Of a DNA stretch of 64,000 nt, positions 50,474-62,612 are shown piece by piece (the first letter of the stretch is position 1; each line of letters opens with the position of its first letter). The DNA is from Podarcis vaucheri. Lineage: Eukaryota. Position numbers and translations under genes: made by a program. The stretch lies in the NCBI GenBank assembly GCA_965113315.1, contig OZ220370.1; one strand, given 5' to 3'. Under the pieces are notes generated by a model, which saw only the letters and a program-made list of their open reading frames with translations, did not search any database and was not told where the DNA came from.

Positions 50474-51140
50474 ATCTCTCCAAACTGAGTGAATGGGCAT
50501 TATAATGGCAAATAATTGTTCAGTGCAAGTACATGTATATACTAATGGGGCATGAACTGACCAGGAAAGAGAGTTTGGGACCATAGTGGATAGCTTGCTG
50601 AAAATGATGACTCTGTGTGCAGAGGTTGTGAAAAAGGCGGAGTCATGTTATAGATCATTAGGAAACTGCTGATATCACAGCACCATTATACAAATCTGTG
50701 GTGTAGCCACACTTGGAATATTGTGTACAGTTCTGTTCACCGCACCTCAAAATAATATTGTAGAGCTGAAAAGATGTAGAAAAACACAGCCAAAATGATC
50801 AAGGGACAGTAGCAACTCCCCTATAAGGAAGGGTCCGCTCCTCCACATGCAGCTGCTGGGTGACCTTGGGCCAGTCACACTTCTTTGAAGTCTCTCAGCC
50901 CCACTCACCTCACAGAGTGTTTGTTGTGGGGGAGGAAGGGAAAGGAGAATGTTAGCCGCTTTGAGACTCCTGAAGGGGAGTGAAAGGCGGGATATCAAAT
51001 CCAAACTCTTCTTCTTCTTCTTACAACATTTGGGCACTTTTAGTTTATGAAAAAAGGTGAGTAAAATATGATAGAAGTATACAGAATTATGGATAATGAC
51101 CCTTGGGATCCCTTCCAACTCTATATTTCTATGATTCTCT
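50474..51140 (+). mobile_element. CR1 LINE fragment interrupted by a SINE
   Basis: tatacaaatctgtggtgtagccacacttggaatattgtgtacagttctg...ccaaaatgatcaaggg; tail cccttccaactct...ttctatgattct. Confidence 0.88.
50835..51021 (+). mobile_element. 5'-truncated Squam3-type SINE nested in CR1
   Basis: Body near-identical to 2299-2467; (CTT)n tail; CR1 sequence resumes across the insertion (gaagggt|tacaacatttggg). Confidence 0.9.
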
Positions 51141-51595
51141 TATTGATTCTCTAAGTTTTAGTCAGCATAGGCCCACTAAAATTAATGAACATGACTAACT
51201 TAGGTCCAACATTTTCAGTGGGTCTGCTCTTAGTAAAACTTAGCTGAATACAACCCCAGTAATTTCTATCCCACAACCATTGTTAAAGCAGCATAACCAT
51301 TGTACTGATCTTGCATCCATTTGAGCTTTGCATAGGAATGTTATACTGTACCTCTTGCATTTACTGACCAAATTATAGATATATCCATACGGGCAAAAAG
51401 AGATAATGTTCTGTGTACCTAATAAAGTGGGAACTAGTTCTTGAAATCTTAAAATAAAAATAAGCGTTAGTCTGCAATCCTAGCCCCATGTATCTGGGAT
51501 TAAGCCCAGCTGAATTTAATAGGATTTACTTCTGAGTATACATGGTTAGAAATGCGTTGTTAAATCTTTGAAGAGTCACAAGGCTTCTGGGAGAC

Positions 51596-51797
51596 ACAGG
51601 AAGCTGGTTTTTACCAAGTCAGACCTATCAGACCTGGTCTACCTATCTCAGTACCGTTACATTGACTGGCAGCGGAGAGACTCTCTCCAGGGTTTGAGGT
51701 AGGGGTTTTTCACAGCCCTACCTAGAGACACTAGGGATTGAACCAGGGATCTTCTGCATGAAACTCAAGATGTTCTACCTCTGAGCTACAACCCTTC
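51596..51797 (-). mobile_element. Squam2-type tRNA-derived SINE
   Basis: Reverse A box gtagctcagaggtagaac and B box ggttcaatccc; body ccctggagag...ctgccagtcaatgta; tail cagcttcctgtg. Confidence 0.8.
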
Positions 51798-53922
51798 TCC
51801 AAACTTCTGGTTGTTTAGATAACCCCTTTTATATTATCAAAAAGGAAAAAAAGGGAAGTTCAGAAATCTTCATCTATTTTAAATTTTAAGGAACTTAAAA
51901 GCAGATGCTGCATAGATATGAGCAATTCACTTTCTTAAATAAGGAATTGGAGAGAGAGAACACGCACAAGTCAAGGAAAGAACCAGGCGTGAGTCACTCT
52001 GAGTGGTCACCATCACTTAATAAAAATAGCTTTTCTCAATTTTATAGTCTACACAATTGGCGTCTGTAGTAAAAAGAATCTGAATGTTTTTACCCTTTCT
52101 ATTATTAGATTGTTGGGTGAGTTTGAGCTTCTTTCTCTACCCATCTTATTCCACAAGACTTGGCTTCTGCTGACGTTACTGGGAGTTTCCTATTCTACTC
52201 ACAGGGTAGCTGAACATGCCCAATAATGGGTTCCAACTCACCAGCTGGAAAAAAAAGTTGAGTAGATATTGACTCGAACACTGGAGGGAGATAAAAACTG
52301 CAGGCACCAACAGGGGAAAAACTGCTTATACAAACTTGGATAAAAGTATTTGCTCACAGGATGCAATAAGTTCATCTTAGCAGAGAAAAGGAAATCTGTA
52401 TATTTTATCTTCTACTTCTATACAGTTTTTATACTGCTTTATTGTTTAGTTGTACTTTATTTTTTATTATTTTATTTTCAGCCAGGGTTGGTTTTAACTA
52501 AAAACTGTTTCAAGGATGAAGTTCTGTTAAAAAAGTGTGGTAAATATTTCCAAACAAATCAGAGAACAAGATAAATAATCCTCCCAGTTGATGCTTCAGC
52601 AAGACATTCTGAAAAACAAACACTGTGGTTTAAATTATCATTCTGCTGCCACCTAAAACTTAATAGGAATTACTGAGTCTTGCATGATAGCGAATCAGAA
52701 TGTGAAATGGAATGGGGAGAAGACTTTTAAAATAATGTCAATAGATTGAAAATATCTTATTATAAATGTGCCTTAAAGATTTATTTGAAATGCTGATATT
52801 TAGTATAATGAAAATGTCTCCTAAAATGTTAATGTATTCAACATTTAAAGGCACATCATCTTGACTTTAAACCAGATAAAACAGGTATGCAATGTGCATT
52901 TTGTCAAATAATTGTATTGCTCCCAAAGTCAGTTTCTGTCTTGTTTCAGAAACATATTTGAAATGCATCTGCTAGGTTAATATGTATATAAAACATTTCC
53001 TTAAAAAGAATGGCTTCTTCCACCCATCTGTCAAAACAACAGTTCAGTATTTCCCCAGAAAATGATGGTGAGATCATCGATAGAAGAAAAGCTATTTGAA
53101 GTTTGAACTGTATTTTATACTGTTTTATTTTGGTTGGTGGCATTGCATGCCTTTTATAATTTTGTATATCGCTTTGAGATTTTTTTAATGTTTAAGCAGT
53201 CTAGAAATATTTATAATAATAAAATAAATATCAATAAAAATTGTACTTTTGGGGTTTGTCACAGATTTGAATGACGTCACTGATATTGATACAAAAGAAA
53301 CTAGAATTTCAAAATACTGATTTTTTTCCAGTAATCAGAAATTAAAACTACTCATAATAAACTTCTGCAATGTTTTGTAAAAATGTGAAACATAACCCTG
53401 GGAAAGAAAGCTAAAATATTGACAAATTCTAATTTAATATAAAAAACCCACATTTAAAAAGGAATTCCAGATATCTGGGAAATAGCATCATAGTCTAGAA
53501 GTTTCCACTGAGAAAACATGATTTGTAGAGGCAGAAGAATCAAAAGTAGACTCAAGATTCTTTATATTAACCTACTGAAGTGCTCTGCCACTTATTCTTA
53601 TTAATTAGGACTAACCTACCTATGTAGTTCTGTATCCCAAAAAACATGGGATGGGATGCCATTGCACCATGCACCTCCCCACCCTAGTTTCACATCATTG
53701 GCTGGCAGAGACAGTAAGATGCAGCACATGATAATGCCATGTCACACCATGTTAATATTACATTAAAAGGAAAAAGCGACAGAGTGCTTCTCCATGTCTC
53801 TTATAAATGTCTAGTTTGGCCCCTAGACCTCCATAGCCCTATTTAAGAAGCTGGAAAGATAACGAATCTGCACAAAACTTCAAAAACTGGGGTAAAGGCA
53901 ACAAAAATGGTAGTAGCACTCA

Positions 53923-53976
53923 TTAATTAATAATAATTAATAATTAATTAATTAATTAATTAATAATTAATAATAA
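53923..53976. repeat. AT-only (TAAT/TAA)n low-complexity repeat
   Basis: Direct read. Confidence 0.95.
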
Positions 53977-54327
53977 AGGAGAACCGCGTAAGTTTTGGTG
54001 CCAATCACTGGGACCTGAATGTGCATCTGCTTTGCTACTAGCCAGTTTTAACACAACTAAAATCCATTTCCCATAATCAATTTTCAATACTCATATTAAC
54101 TATTCAGACCAATATCTTAGCCATACTCAGAAACCATACAATGAAAGAAACTAGAATTAATAATTAGGACTGAAAATTTAACTGAAGCTTTTCCTAAGAA
54201 CTATTGCCTCTGGAGGTCATTCGAAGTCCTTTGTGATGTTTTGCCTCCAGTTTTCCCACACAGACTTCCTCTTTTCCCAATTCAGAAGCACTTATGGCTT
54301 CTGATGTTAAAGTATGCGTGTTTGTGT

Positions 54328-54370
54328 CACACACACACACACACGCACACACGCACACACACACACACAC
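54328..54370. repeat. Interrupted (CA)n microsatellite
   Basis: Direct read. Confidence 0.97.
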
Positions 54371-56067
54371 CTTTCAAACTTTCCCCCTTTCCTTCAGAGT
54401 GCCAAGCTTTTGCACAACAACCACAGATTTTACCTAAAGTAAATCATAAATGAAGTGAGTGTTTAATCATCAGTTACCAGTATGTTCCTAAATGCTGCAT
54501 TATTCCAAACATTGACTGAACCTATACTGAACAAGCTGTTTGCTCTGCTGTACAAATGATGAGTGATGAATTCATTAAAAAAAAACCTCAAAGAAATATC
54601 TGACAAAGGCTGAAAGCAATATAAAACAATTTAAATAAACCTAGCCAAGGTATAGGTCCTGAACCAATATTATTTTCTTATAACTGAAATTCTCTTGCAC
54701 TAGCAATGTACGCAATGTAAAAGTTTTAAATAATTTCTGACTTGCAAGAGAAAGCAAAAAAAAAAAAAAAAGCCAAGCAATAGTTAAAAATCAAAGGCCA
54801 CTTTCCAGACACAGGTTTAGAAAACTGATTTCATACCTAACTTTCAGTGCTGTTACACCCTGTTAAAAAGAGAGTCCTAACCTGATTTAATGTGTACCCA
54901 AACAAGGAGGAAATTGGATTTTCCAACCATGACATGCCACTGGAACTCTCTGATACACAAAAGCAATAAAGACAGTTCCTGTCCATAATTCATAGATCGC
55001 TTTAATTTAAAAACAGTACTTATAGGGGGAAACCACACAGTGAAATAAAGAGTTTAGCAGAGAACTCAAGTTTTAAAGTTTACCAAATAACATATGGAGA
55101 TAAAAAATTTTTGGAGGCATCCTAAAAAGAGAAAATAAGCCTGACAAAGAAATTGTGTCATGGGGAGGGGGGGGGAGGAGTGGACTCTACCTTAAAAATT
55201 TGTAGAAAAGCAACCCAGACTCCAGCTATAAACAGACCCTGAAAACAATAAACCTAGCTAAAAAGTTAAAACAATCCTCCCAAAAAGGGAGGCAGAGTTT
55301 GAAGGAAAGACACAGAAGGTGCAACATTGACACTTTCCCATCAGGGCAAACTAACCTCCTATTAAACCAGTGAAAAATCCCCCCAGCTGTTTAGGATCAA
55401 TGTTTCAGCACCTCAGCTGCCTGATGCAGCCATCAGAGCTACAGAAAAAAAGAGTACTGGCTGTACAGGAGAAAGCAAAAAAAAAAAAAAAAAGCAGTAA
55501 TTTGAAATAAAGGGCAAGGGAAGGGAGCTTTGCAACATGCCAAGTCTGTGTTTACTACGTTTCAGAAGCAGGGATTCAGTTCACAGCCAGAGAGTAATCT
55601 GAGCTCTGCACCATGGACAGTGACTGCTGCTGCAGCTACTGTACCCAGATCACTCAACCCCTGCAGGATTTAAACCGGATATCGCCCATTGCCGAAAGCC
55701 AGCCCACTCACACAGCCCGCTACACAAATACCCCTTTCCCCAGAGTCCCTTGCCCGTTCTCGACGATATGCTCCAGCCACATATGCCATTAAGAGGCAAT
55801 GAGCTGCACCATCTGTCCCGGAGATTTACTCCTGCTTGCCCTTTGCACTAGGAAGAAGACGGAGTTTCGCTGACCGAAGTGCCAGCATCCATCCTGTGCA
55901 CATCCTCTGTCCCCTGCCTTATTGGAACTCACTTTAGGAAAATGCCAGGACACCCCTCCCCCAAAAAAACCCCACTCAACCCTACACAGTTCCATTTCAA
56001 ATGCACATAAAATGCAGTATCAAATACAGTTCATCCATTACTCCAGAGAACCTTTCACAAACTATTT

Positions 56068-56123
56068 CCAGAGGCGTAGCCATGTTAGTCTGTTGCAGCA
56101 AAACCAGGGGAGTCCGGTGGCCA
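56068..56123 (-). mobile_element. Short Penelope-like terminal fragment (no ribozyme part)
   Basis: cagaggcgtagccatgttagtctgttgcagcaaaa...gagtccggtggc resembles the reverse end of reptilian PLE repeats. Confidence 0.6.
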
Positions 56124-56504
56124 TGCAAAGAGTACACTCCCTATTCCAGCAGGATAAGCCCCAAAATGCAGGATAATCACTTAATTGAATTTTCATCAGC
56201 ATATGTCAAGTGGTATCTGCTTCATGAGAGACAGCCCTAATGCTTGCATCTTTCTATACAAGCTGTCCCACATCCCAGATACATTCCTTACACAGTCGAT
56301 ATTCACTGAACAAGCCATGGCAATGCTCTACCTTCAGATGCACAAAAACACTCCAGGAAAATCCAAGTAATTTACCCATCAATTCCTGCCCAGACAAATC
56401 AAATCCTTATTCTGGAGACCTGGGCCCACCCTAATTCTGCACTTTCGGCACAGGTGGACTACTGCCCACTCCTGGTGCAGAATCACAAATTATCAGGCAA
56501 GACA

Positions 56505-56650
56505 TCCAGCTTGCTGGTAGGGAATCTGATTTGCATGCAGAAACTCTCAGGTTCAATCCCCAGCAACTTTAGGTAGGGCTGGCGAGGTCCTGTCTGAAAC
56601 CCTGCAGAGCTGCTGCCAGTCAGTGTGGACAGTATAAGGCAGATTCCTAT
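56505..56650 (+). mobile_element. Squam2-type SINE with internal deletion
   Basis: tttgcatgcagaa...caggttcaatccccagca...ggtagggctgg...ctgaaaccctg...ctgccagtcagtgtggacagtataaggcagattcctat. Confidence 0.82.
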
Positions 56651-58758
56651 CTGTCTCCCAACAAAACGGTACACAGCCTAACCCCCATACCCATCCTATG
56701 TGTTCCAGGTGACCAGTGTCCCCCAAATGCAGAAACACCAGCAATGCTCTCCAGGCAGATCCCTACTTTGCAAAAGTGTAAACAAACCAGTCTTAAGGCT
56801 TCGCCAAGGCTTGCAAACCTCTGCCTCGTAAAAGCATACAGCCTTCCCTTGTCCAAGTCAGCTCATTCTTTACTCAGCAAAGGACCAAATCCTATCTCTG
56901 AAATATTAATTCCTGACTTGGGTGAAAGTCGACTCACCCCTTGCCAGCAAGCATCACAGTGGCACAGACCCTGTCAACTTTGGGCAGATCTCCAAGGATG
57001 GCGGCTCTTTCAATCCCTACATGTATTGGCCAGAACCTCAGTCTCAACTATTGGGGTGCGTGGACATGCCTCCCACTTGCCTTCGCGTGGCCTTCCCGCA
57101 GCGCCCCCTGTTGGGCGAGGGAGGTGGCAACGCTTTATTAAGCAAGGAGAAAGAGTTTGCCTCAATGGAAATTCCCGTTAGCTGTTGCAGCAGGGGTAAA
57201 AAAAACACAGCAGGACGCCAGCGGGGGAGGAGGCGAGCGAGGCTGCCGGGCGGAGGCGGAGGCTGATTAAATTCTTCCCGGGAAGGGATTAGGGAGCCAA
57301 GCAGAGGGGCGAGGCAGCGGCTCCGCACGCTCCTCTGTACCGGACCCGAGGCCACGGAAGGCGGCGTTCCGGACACGCTTGGCTCCACTAACCCGGGGTC
57401 AGGGGACCGGGGTGGCTGCTCAGGTAGCAGCTCTCGCCAGATTCGTTAAACAGGGGCAAAAGTACACACCGTTGCCTTAAGACTTTGTGCCGGTTAATCC
57501 GAAATAGCCGACCGGCGCCCTGATTCTGGGGTCACAATTACTACTAAACACAGATTAAAATCCCACGCGATTCACAAACAGTTCCTGCGGTGCATTACAT
57601 ATGCTCCCTTTAACCTTCCCGATTGTATACAAGGAGGGGGACTGTGTCGTGGTTTTTTTTAAAAAAAGTAACTCATCAATTCAATGAGATCTATGGAGTT
57701 TGCACTTCGTGGTTGTGTAACTGCGAGACCCGAGTGGGCTGGCAATCTGGCATCCGGAAGGCAAAGTAGAAAGAGCGCGAGCGGGTTGAAGGGGACGACA
57801 GGGAGAGAGGGTGGTCTGGTGGCCCCTGCCATGGGAAATAAATCCCACCCCAGCCTTCGATTTGCGAAGCAGGTGTCTCAACACAGACACCGGTCCCCAC
57901 TCTGTTTATCCAGGGTGACTTCCATCCTCGGGGAAGTCTGCTCTTCAAGAAAGAGCGTGCGCATCTCCGCCTTGCCAGCAAGGAGCAAAGAAGCCCTTGC
58001 TCCCATCCCAAGGGAAGAGGTGGGTGGCATCCACTCCTTTCCCACGCTCCCTCCCCAAGGAAGAGATGGCGCCAAGTCCCTGCCCCACTTCTGCTCGTCC
58101 CCAGGTCGGAGGGATCCCAGCTCTCCCCATCCGCACGCCCCGCGGTGCCTTTATTTGCAATCATCGGTTTCATCCTTCTCGACCCGCAGGCCGACTTTTG
58201 TTTGACCCCACCCATCAGATCCAACGCCAGTGCAAAGGGGGGGGGGTCACTGGGTCCTAACTTTCCGCCATAACGCTTCTGCACCCCGGTTTTCCTTCCC
58301 TACGCAGGCATATATGCATCTCTCCACTATTAGTCTTCTTACTAACGCCGAAGCGAGCACCTGCTCCTTTCCGCCGTGGGAAATACGAATCCCTAACTCG
58401 CGTTCCCGAGGAAGCTCCAGCCTCCCCTCTGCAACTCCTCTCCCGTCCCCCTTCGCTACACCCCGTCTTCGTCCCCCAACACCTTCCGGGATCAAGGGGG
58501 TCGCTTTCCCCCAAGCCCCCTCCCCGCCCCACCGCTGCCGCCCCAGCTTCGCAACCCCGTTCCAAGCAGGCCCAGCTTCGCCTCCGGGGCAGCGCGGGGA
58601 GCCCGGGCTTCTTCGCCCGCGGCCCCGGCGGCGGCATCCTCTCGCCAGCCCCGCCACCGCCCTTCGGCGGGAACAAAGAGCCCCCAGCCCCGCTGCTGCT
58701 GCGGCTCTCCTCTGTCTGTCTGTCTTCCTTCCTTCCCCTCGCTCGCTCGGCTCTTTAC

Positions 58759-58833
58759 CTGCTGCAGGGCCGCCAGCACCACCAACAGCAGCGGCGGCAG
58801 GATCCGCGGCGGCGCTCCCGCTATCCGGCACAT
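58759..58833 (-). CDS. CDH2: Cadherin-2 (N-cadherin) coding exon 1, signal peptide
   Basis: Minus strand reads gcctccATGTGCCGGATAGCG..., encoding MCRIAGAPPRILPPLLLVVLAALQQ (75 nt). This closely matches the recalled chicken CDH2 N-terminus (MCRIAGTPPRILPPL...LAALQQ). Ends at donor CAG|GTAAAG, phase 0, inside a CpG island. Confidence 0.97.
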
Positions 58834-59636
58834 GGAGGCGAAGCAGTGGCGGGGGGAGGCGTGCACGGCGGGGCGAAAAGTCCGCGGATGGGGGCCCGGC
58901 GGCGGCGCGGGCCAAGGCGGGAAGGGCGGCAGGGGGCGGCGGAGAATCCGCGGCGCTCGCCTGGGAGGAAGGGGCGGCGGAGCTCCCGGTCCGGCTGCCG
59001 CGTCCGGGGTGTCGGCGATGGGCGACTCGCACAAAAGGCAGCGGGCGAAGGAGTCTCTTCGTGAGGGGCGCTGCCGAGAGGGGGGGGGCTGGCGGTGTTA
59101 GCGGTTCCCGCGGGCTTTCCCCGGGCACATAGCCCGTCTTCTTCGCTCCTGCGGCGGCGGCTGCCTGCTTGTCTTTCTCGCCGGCCGGCTTGAGGCAGCC
59201 TCCCTCCCTCCTCCTCCTCCTGCTCAGCGCGTCGCCAAGTGCGCCCTGGCAGCGCCGCTCCGACGCCGGCTCTGCTGCTGCTGGTGCATGCTCGCCGCGA
59301 GTCCTTCGCCTCCTTCACTTTCTTGCCTCGCTTCGTCTCCCCGCCGGCCAGCAGCCAGTAGCGGCGGCGGCGGCAGCAGCAGCAACAACAACCCCCTCCG
59401 CTTGCACACACGAGGATAACAATACCACAGCAGCCTCTGCCTCGCTCGCGCGGCGTTCCTGTGTGCGCCTGTATGTGTGTGTGTGCGCGCGCGCTCGCGT
59501 ATGTGTGTGTGTATGCCTTCACTTGCGCTTGGCTGCTGCTGCTGCTGCTGCTGCTGGCAGCTTCACCTCCCTCCTCCTCTTCTCCTCCTCCTCCTCTTCT
59601 TCCCCCCTCCTCCCCGGCTCTCCCTGCCGGCCGCAC

Positions 59637-59645
59637 GGCCAATGG
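59637..59645 (+). promoter_or_regulatory. CCAAT box (NF-Y-type, GGCCAATGG)
   Basis: Motif seen ~800 nt upstream of the CDH2 ATG within the island. Function is inferred and the TSS is unknown. Confidence 0.5.
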
Positions 59646-61824
59646 GAAGCAACCGGCTCCAGCTCAGCTCAGCCCTTTGCCCGGGCCAGGCAACCGCCCA
59701 CAGCTACCCCCGAGCGAAAGGTTGAGCTGCTGCTGCTTCTTCTTCTTCAGCCAGAGAGAGGTGCGCGGAGGAAGCCGAGGGTTTATTGTGGGCACTTTAC
59801 CCCTCAGCCAGGACCACGGGCCGGGCGTGTCTGGTCTGCACACACACACACACAGAATGGGGATTTTAGGCGAGATGGTAGGGAGACCGAGAGAGAGACT
59901 CGAGGTAACGTTCCGACACGACCGTGAGAAAGCCTCGCGCTTTTATTATGAGCCGGGTGAGAGGACTCTCCGGCGAACGTGAGAAATGCCTGTGCAAAAC
60001 AAAAAGCCGAGGCAAGCCAAGGCGGGGGACGCCAGGGAACGCTGCTCTTGCCCCCATTGTCTGGAGGCGTTTTGCGACGAAGCCACCTGCTGGGGAAAGC
60101 GGCTTAGCGGAGGAGGCGGCTGCGTCGCCTTTTGTTTATGCTCCTCTCCCGCCATCGCCCAGGAGCCTGGAATGGGACCAGCGCGCCAATTAGGAAGTTT
60201 TCGGTCCCTGCGCTTCGTGGGTTGGCGGACCTTTTTTCAACCCGCGGGCGCCCCTCCTCGAGATTCTGCTACCTGCTTCGTTACTCGCCAAATGTGCAAT
60301 TAAATATTGCACATACTGTATATGTAATTGCTTTTTTAAAATAAAAACTTTGCCTGCTGCTGCTGGGCAGCGCTCCAGCCTGCATACCCAAAAAATGTCA
60401 GGCTGCATAACGGAAATTAGGAAGGTTGCTGAGTGCACAGGAAACCTCGAGGATTAGTGCTGGGTCATTTGCAGAGCTGGCAAGGATTTTTCCCTCACCC
60501 TACAGGTCACTGAGCAAACTTGCTTTGTGTCCATGCATCAAAGCCTCCTGCCGGCGAGAAAAAGAAAAAAAACGGGGGTGGGGAGAGGAGAGGTTGCAAG
60601 CGCTGGGCCCCAGACAGTGTCCTAGAAGCGACTAGGCTCCGGATAGCTGTTCAGAATTGAGCAGTTCGTTTAGGATTGTGCTTGCACGGAGGACTGAAAA
60701 ACATTGAATCTGGAAACTCTGCAAACTGCTGTGCAGGTCTTTTCAGGCCAATGCTGGCTTTGCAATGACACACTGTAGTAAGTAATAAGGGAAAACAGAT
60801 AGCCTTTTCTCCATTATTAGCGCCATCATGTAGATGTAAGACTTCATAATCGAACACATTGCAAGCCTCTCTTACCTCTTGGTTGTGGTGAATAAAAACC
60901 GAAATGGGCTGGCTGCACAATCTTATTTACTTTGCAGCTGAACTGCTCCAGAGCAAATCTATGGCCATTGGTGATGGCAGGACAGAACTTGGGGCAGGTG
61001 TCCAGGCCTCGTTTGCAGAATGAGCAGGGGCTTCCTAAAAAGCTTGCTACCTTGTGAAGAAAGTGAAGTGACTGATATTACCATCTAAAGGTGGGGAAGC
61101 AAGAGTGTGGCATAAGATAGAGCAGAGTCTAAAATTATATAACTACAACCAGCATGGTGGTACTTTGCAACATTTTTTAAAATTATATTGCTACCCACAG
61201 GCATCAATATAATAATTTACTCCACAGTTTACTCTGAATATGAGTTGTGTAGATGGCTACGATGCTAGCATTGTATTGTATTAAAACTGTATAAAAGCTT
61301 TGGGTTTTTTTTACTAAAATTTGGCATTTATCTGTGGCCCTTGAGATAGTATAGTAGTGGACAGATGGTTAGGCATGTTAAACTGGGCCTCAAAAACCCT
61401 ATGGATATTCAGCAATTTGCTATCTCACAACTAATCAACCTCAAAATGATCTTCCTAGAGCCCCTTGGACAAAAGATGGGATACAAATTTGATAAATACT
61501 TTAAAGAATAAATCAATCCCAGTGTGGACTTCAGTGCTGAAGAAGTTACACTCCCTGAGGGGTTGTTACTGTCCCAGATCTTTGGCACTCAAGCTCAAAT
61601 ATCCAGCCCATTCTCTCACTTTTATAAACCAGTTATCCCCCCAACCCTGTTTTTGCCTACAGGGTGCTTGGTGTGCTGCAAAGCACAGTGTTAGTGATAT
61701 CACGGCTACTCACTACCCTAATTTGCCCAAAAGTGCTTCTATATAACCAATTTCTTGCACAGTGCAATGTTCATTAAGCTTGCAATCCTACACTCTCATT
61801 TACTTGCTAATAAGCCTCATTGAA

Positions 61825-62187
61825 TTATCATTTGAATTATGGTGCTGGAGGAGACTCTTGAGAGTCCCATGGACTGCAAGAAGATCAAACCTATCTATTC
61901 TTAAGGAAATCAGTCCTGAGTGCACACTGGAAGGACAGATGCTGAAGCTGAGGCTCCAATACTTTGGCCATCTCATGAGAAGAGAAGACTCCCTGGAAAA
62001 GACCCTGATGTTGGGAAAGATAGAGGGCACAAGGAGAAGGCGACGACAGAGGACGAGATGGTTGGACAGTGTTCTAGAAGCTACCAACATGAGTTTGACC
62101 AAACTATGGGAGGCAGTGGAAGACAGGAGTGCCTGGCGTGCTCTGGTCCATGGGGTCACGAAGAGTCGGACACGACTAAACAACAAC
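61825..62187 (+). mobile_element. BovB (RTE-clade LINE), 5'-truncated copy
   Basis: Uninterrupted frame FELWCWRRLLRVPWTARRSNLSILKEISPECTLEG...YFGHLMRREDSLEKTLMLGKIEG...AWRALVHGVTKSRTRLN; (CAA)n tail; 13-bp TSD AAGCCTCATTGAA. Confidence 0.97.
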
Positions 62188-62329
62188 AAGCCTCATTGAA
62201 CGCAATGGGTTATATGGCATAGGATGGAGCTGTAAATTGTTAACATGTTTCAATAGTCCAAAAATAGTTTAAATTATTTAAAAGATGTGTTTAAAAGATG
62301 CATTCCCCCTGTAATTGTAAGATTTATGG

Positions 62330-62560
62330 AATAGTCTCCCAGGAAGGCCCTCCTGCTGCCAACTTTGTCATCTTTTTGGTGCCAGGCCAAAGTGCTTTTA
62401 TATTTTCACAGGCATTTGAGCTGCACGAGTGGTGTGATACTGTACTGTTAAACCTATTTTAAATACATTTTATCATTGCCTTTTTCCCCTTGGTTGTAAG
62501 TGGCTTATACTTTTCTTTTATTGGAAGTTATGTATAAAATTAATTAAACCTACCACAGGT
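62330..62560 (+). mobile_element. Degraded L2-like 3' end
   Basis: tggaatagtctccccagg...ttttggtgccaggcc...ttttcacaggcattt...tgtaagtggctt. Confidence 0.55.
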
Positions 62561-62612
62561 TAATTAGCCCACAGTTACATAAATTTGTATGGCCAGTGCC
62601 TAAAACAATAAA

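Larger units (their letters stand above)
40530..58758 (-). other. CDH2: CDH2 intron 1 (18,229 nt)
   Basis: GT...AG boundaries between the two identified exons. Confidence 0.93.
57040..60290. promoter_or_regulatory. CpG island covering the CDH2 promoter, 5'UTR, exon 1 and start of intron 1
   Basis: Very high GC and CpG density against CpG-depleted flanks; multiple GGGCGG/GGCGG boxes. Confidence 0.92.

Noticed and set aside
60292-60314. 9-bp inverted repeat ATGTGCAAT-n5-ATTGCACAT upstream of the promoter
   Set aside because: Short enough to arise by chance in 64 kb; no independent evidence.
57684-60344. Many long overlapping ORFs (170-300 aa) on both strands
   Set aside because: Low-complexity Pro/Ala/Gly/Arg translations caused by stop-codon scarcity in the CpG island. 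Only the 75-nt CDH2 exon is supported.
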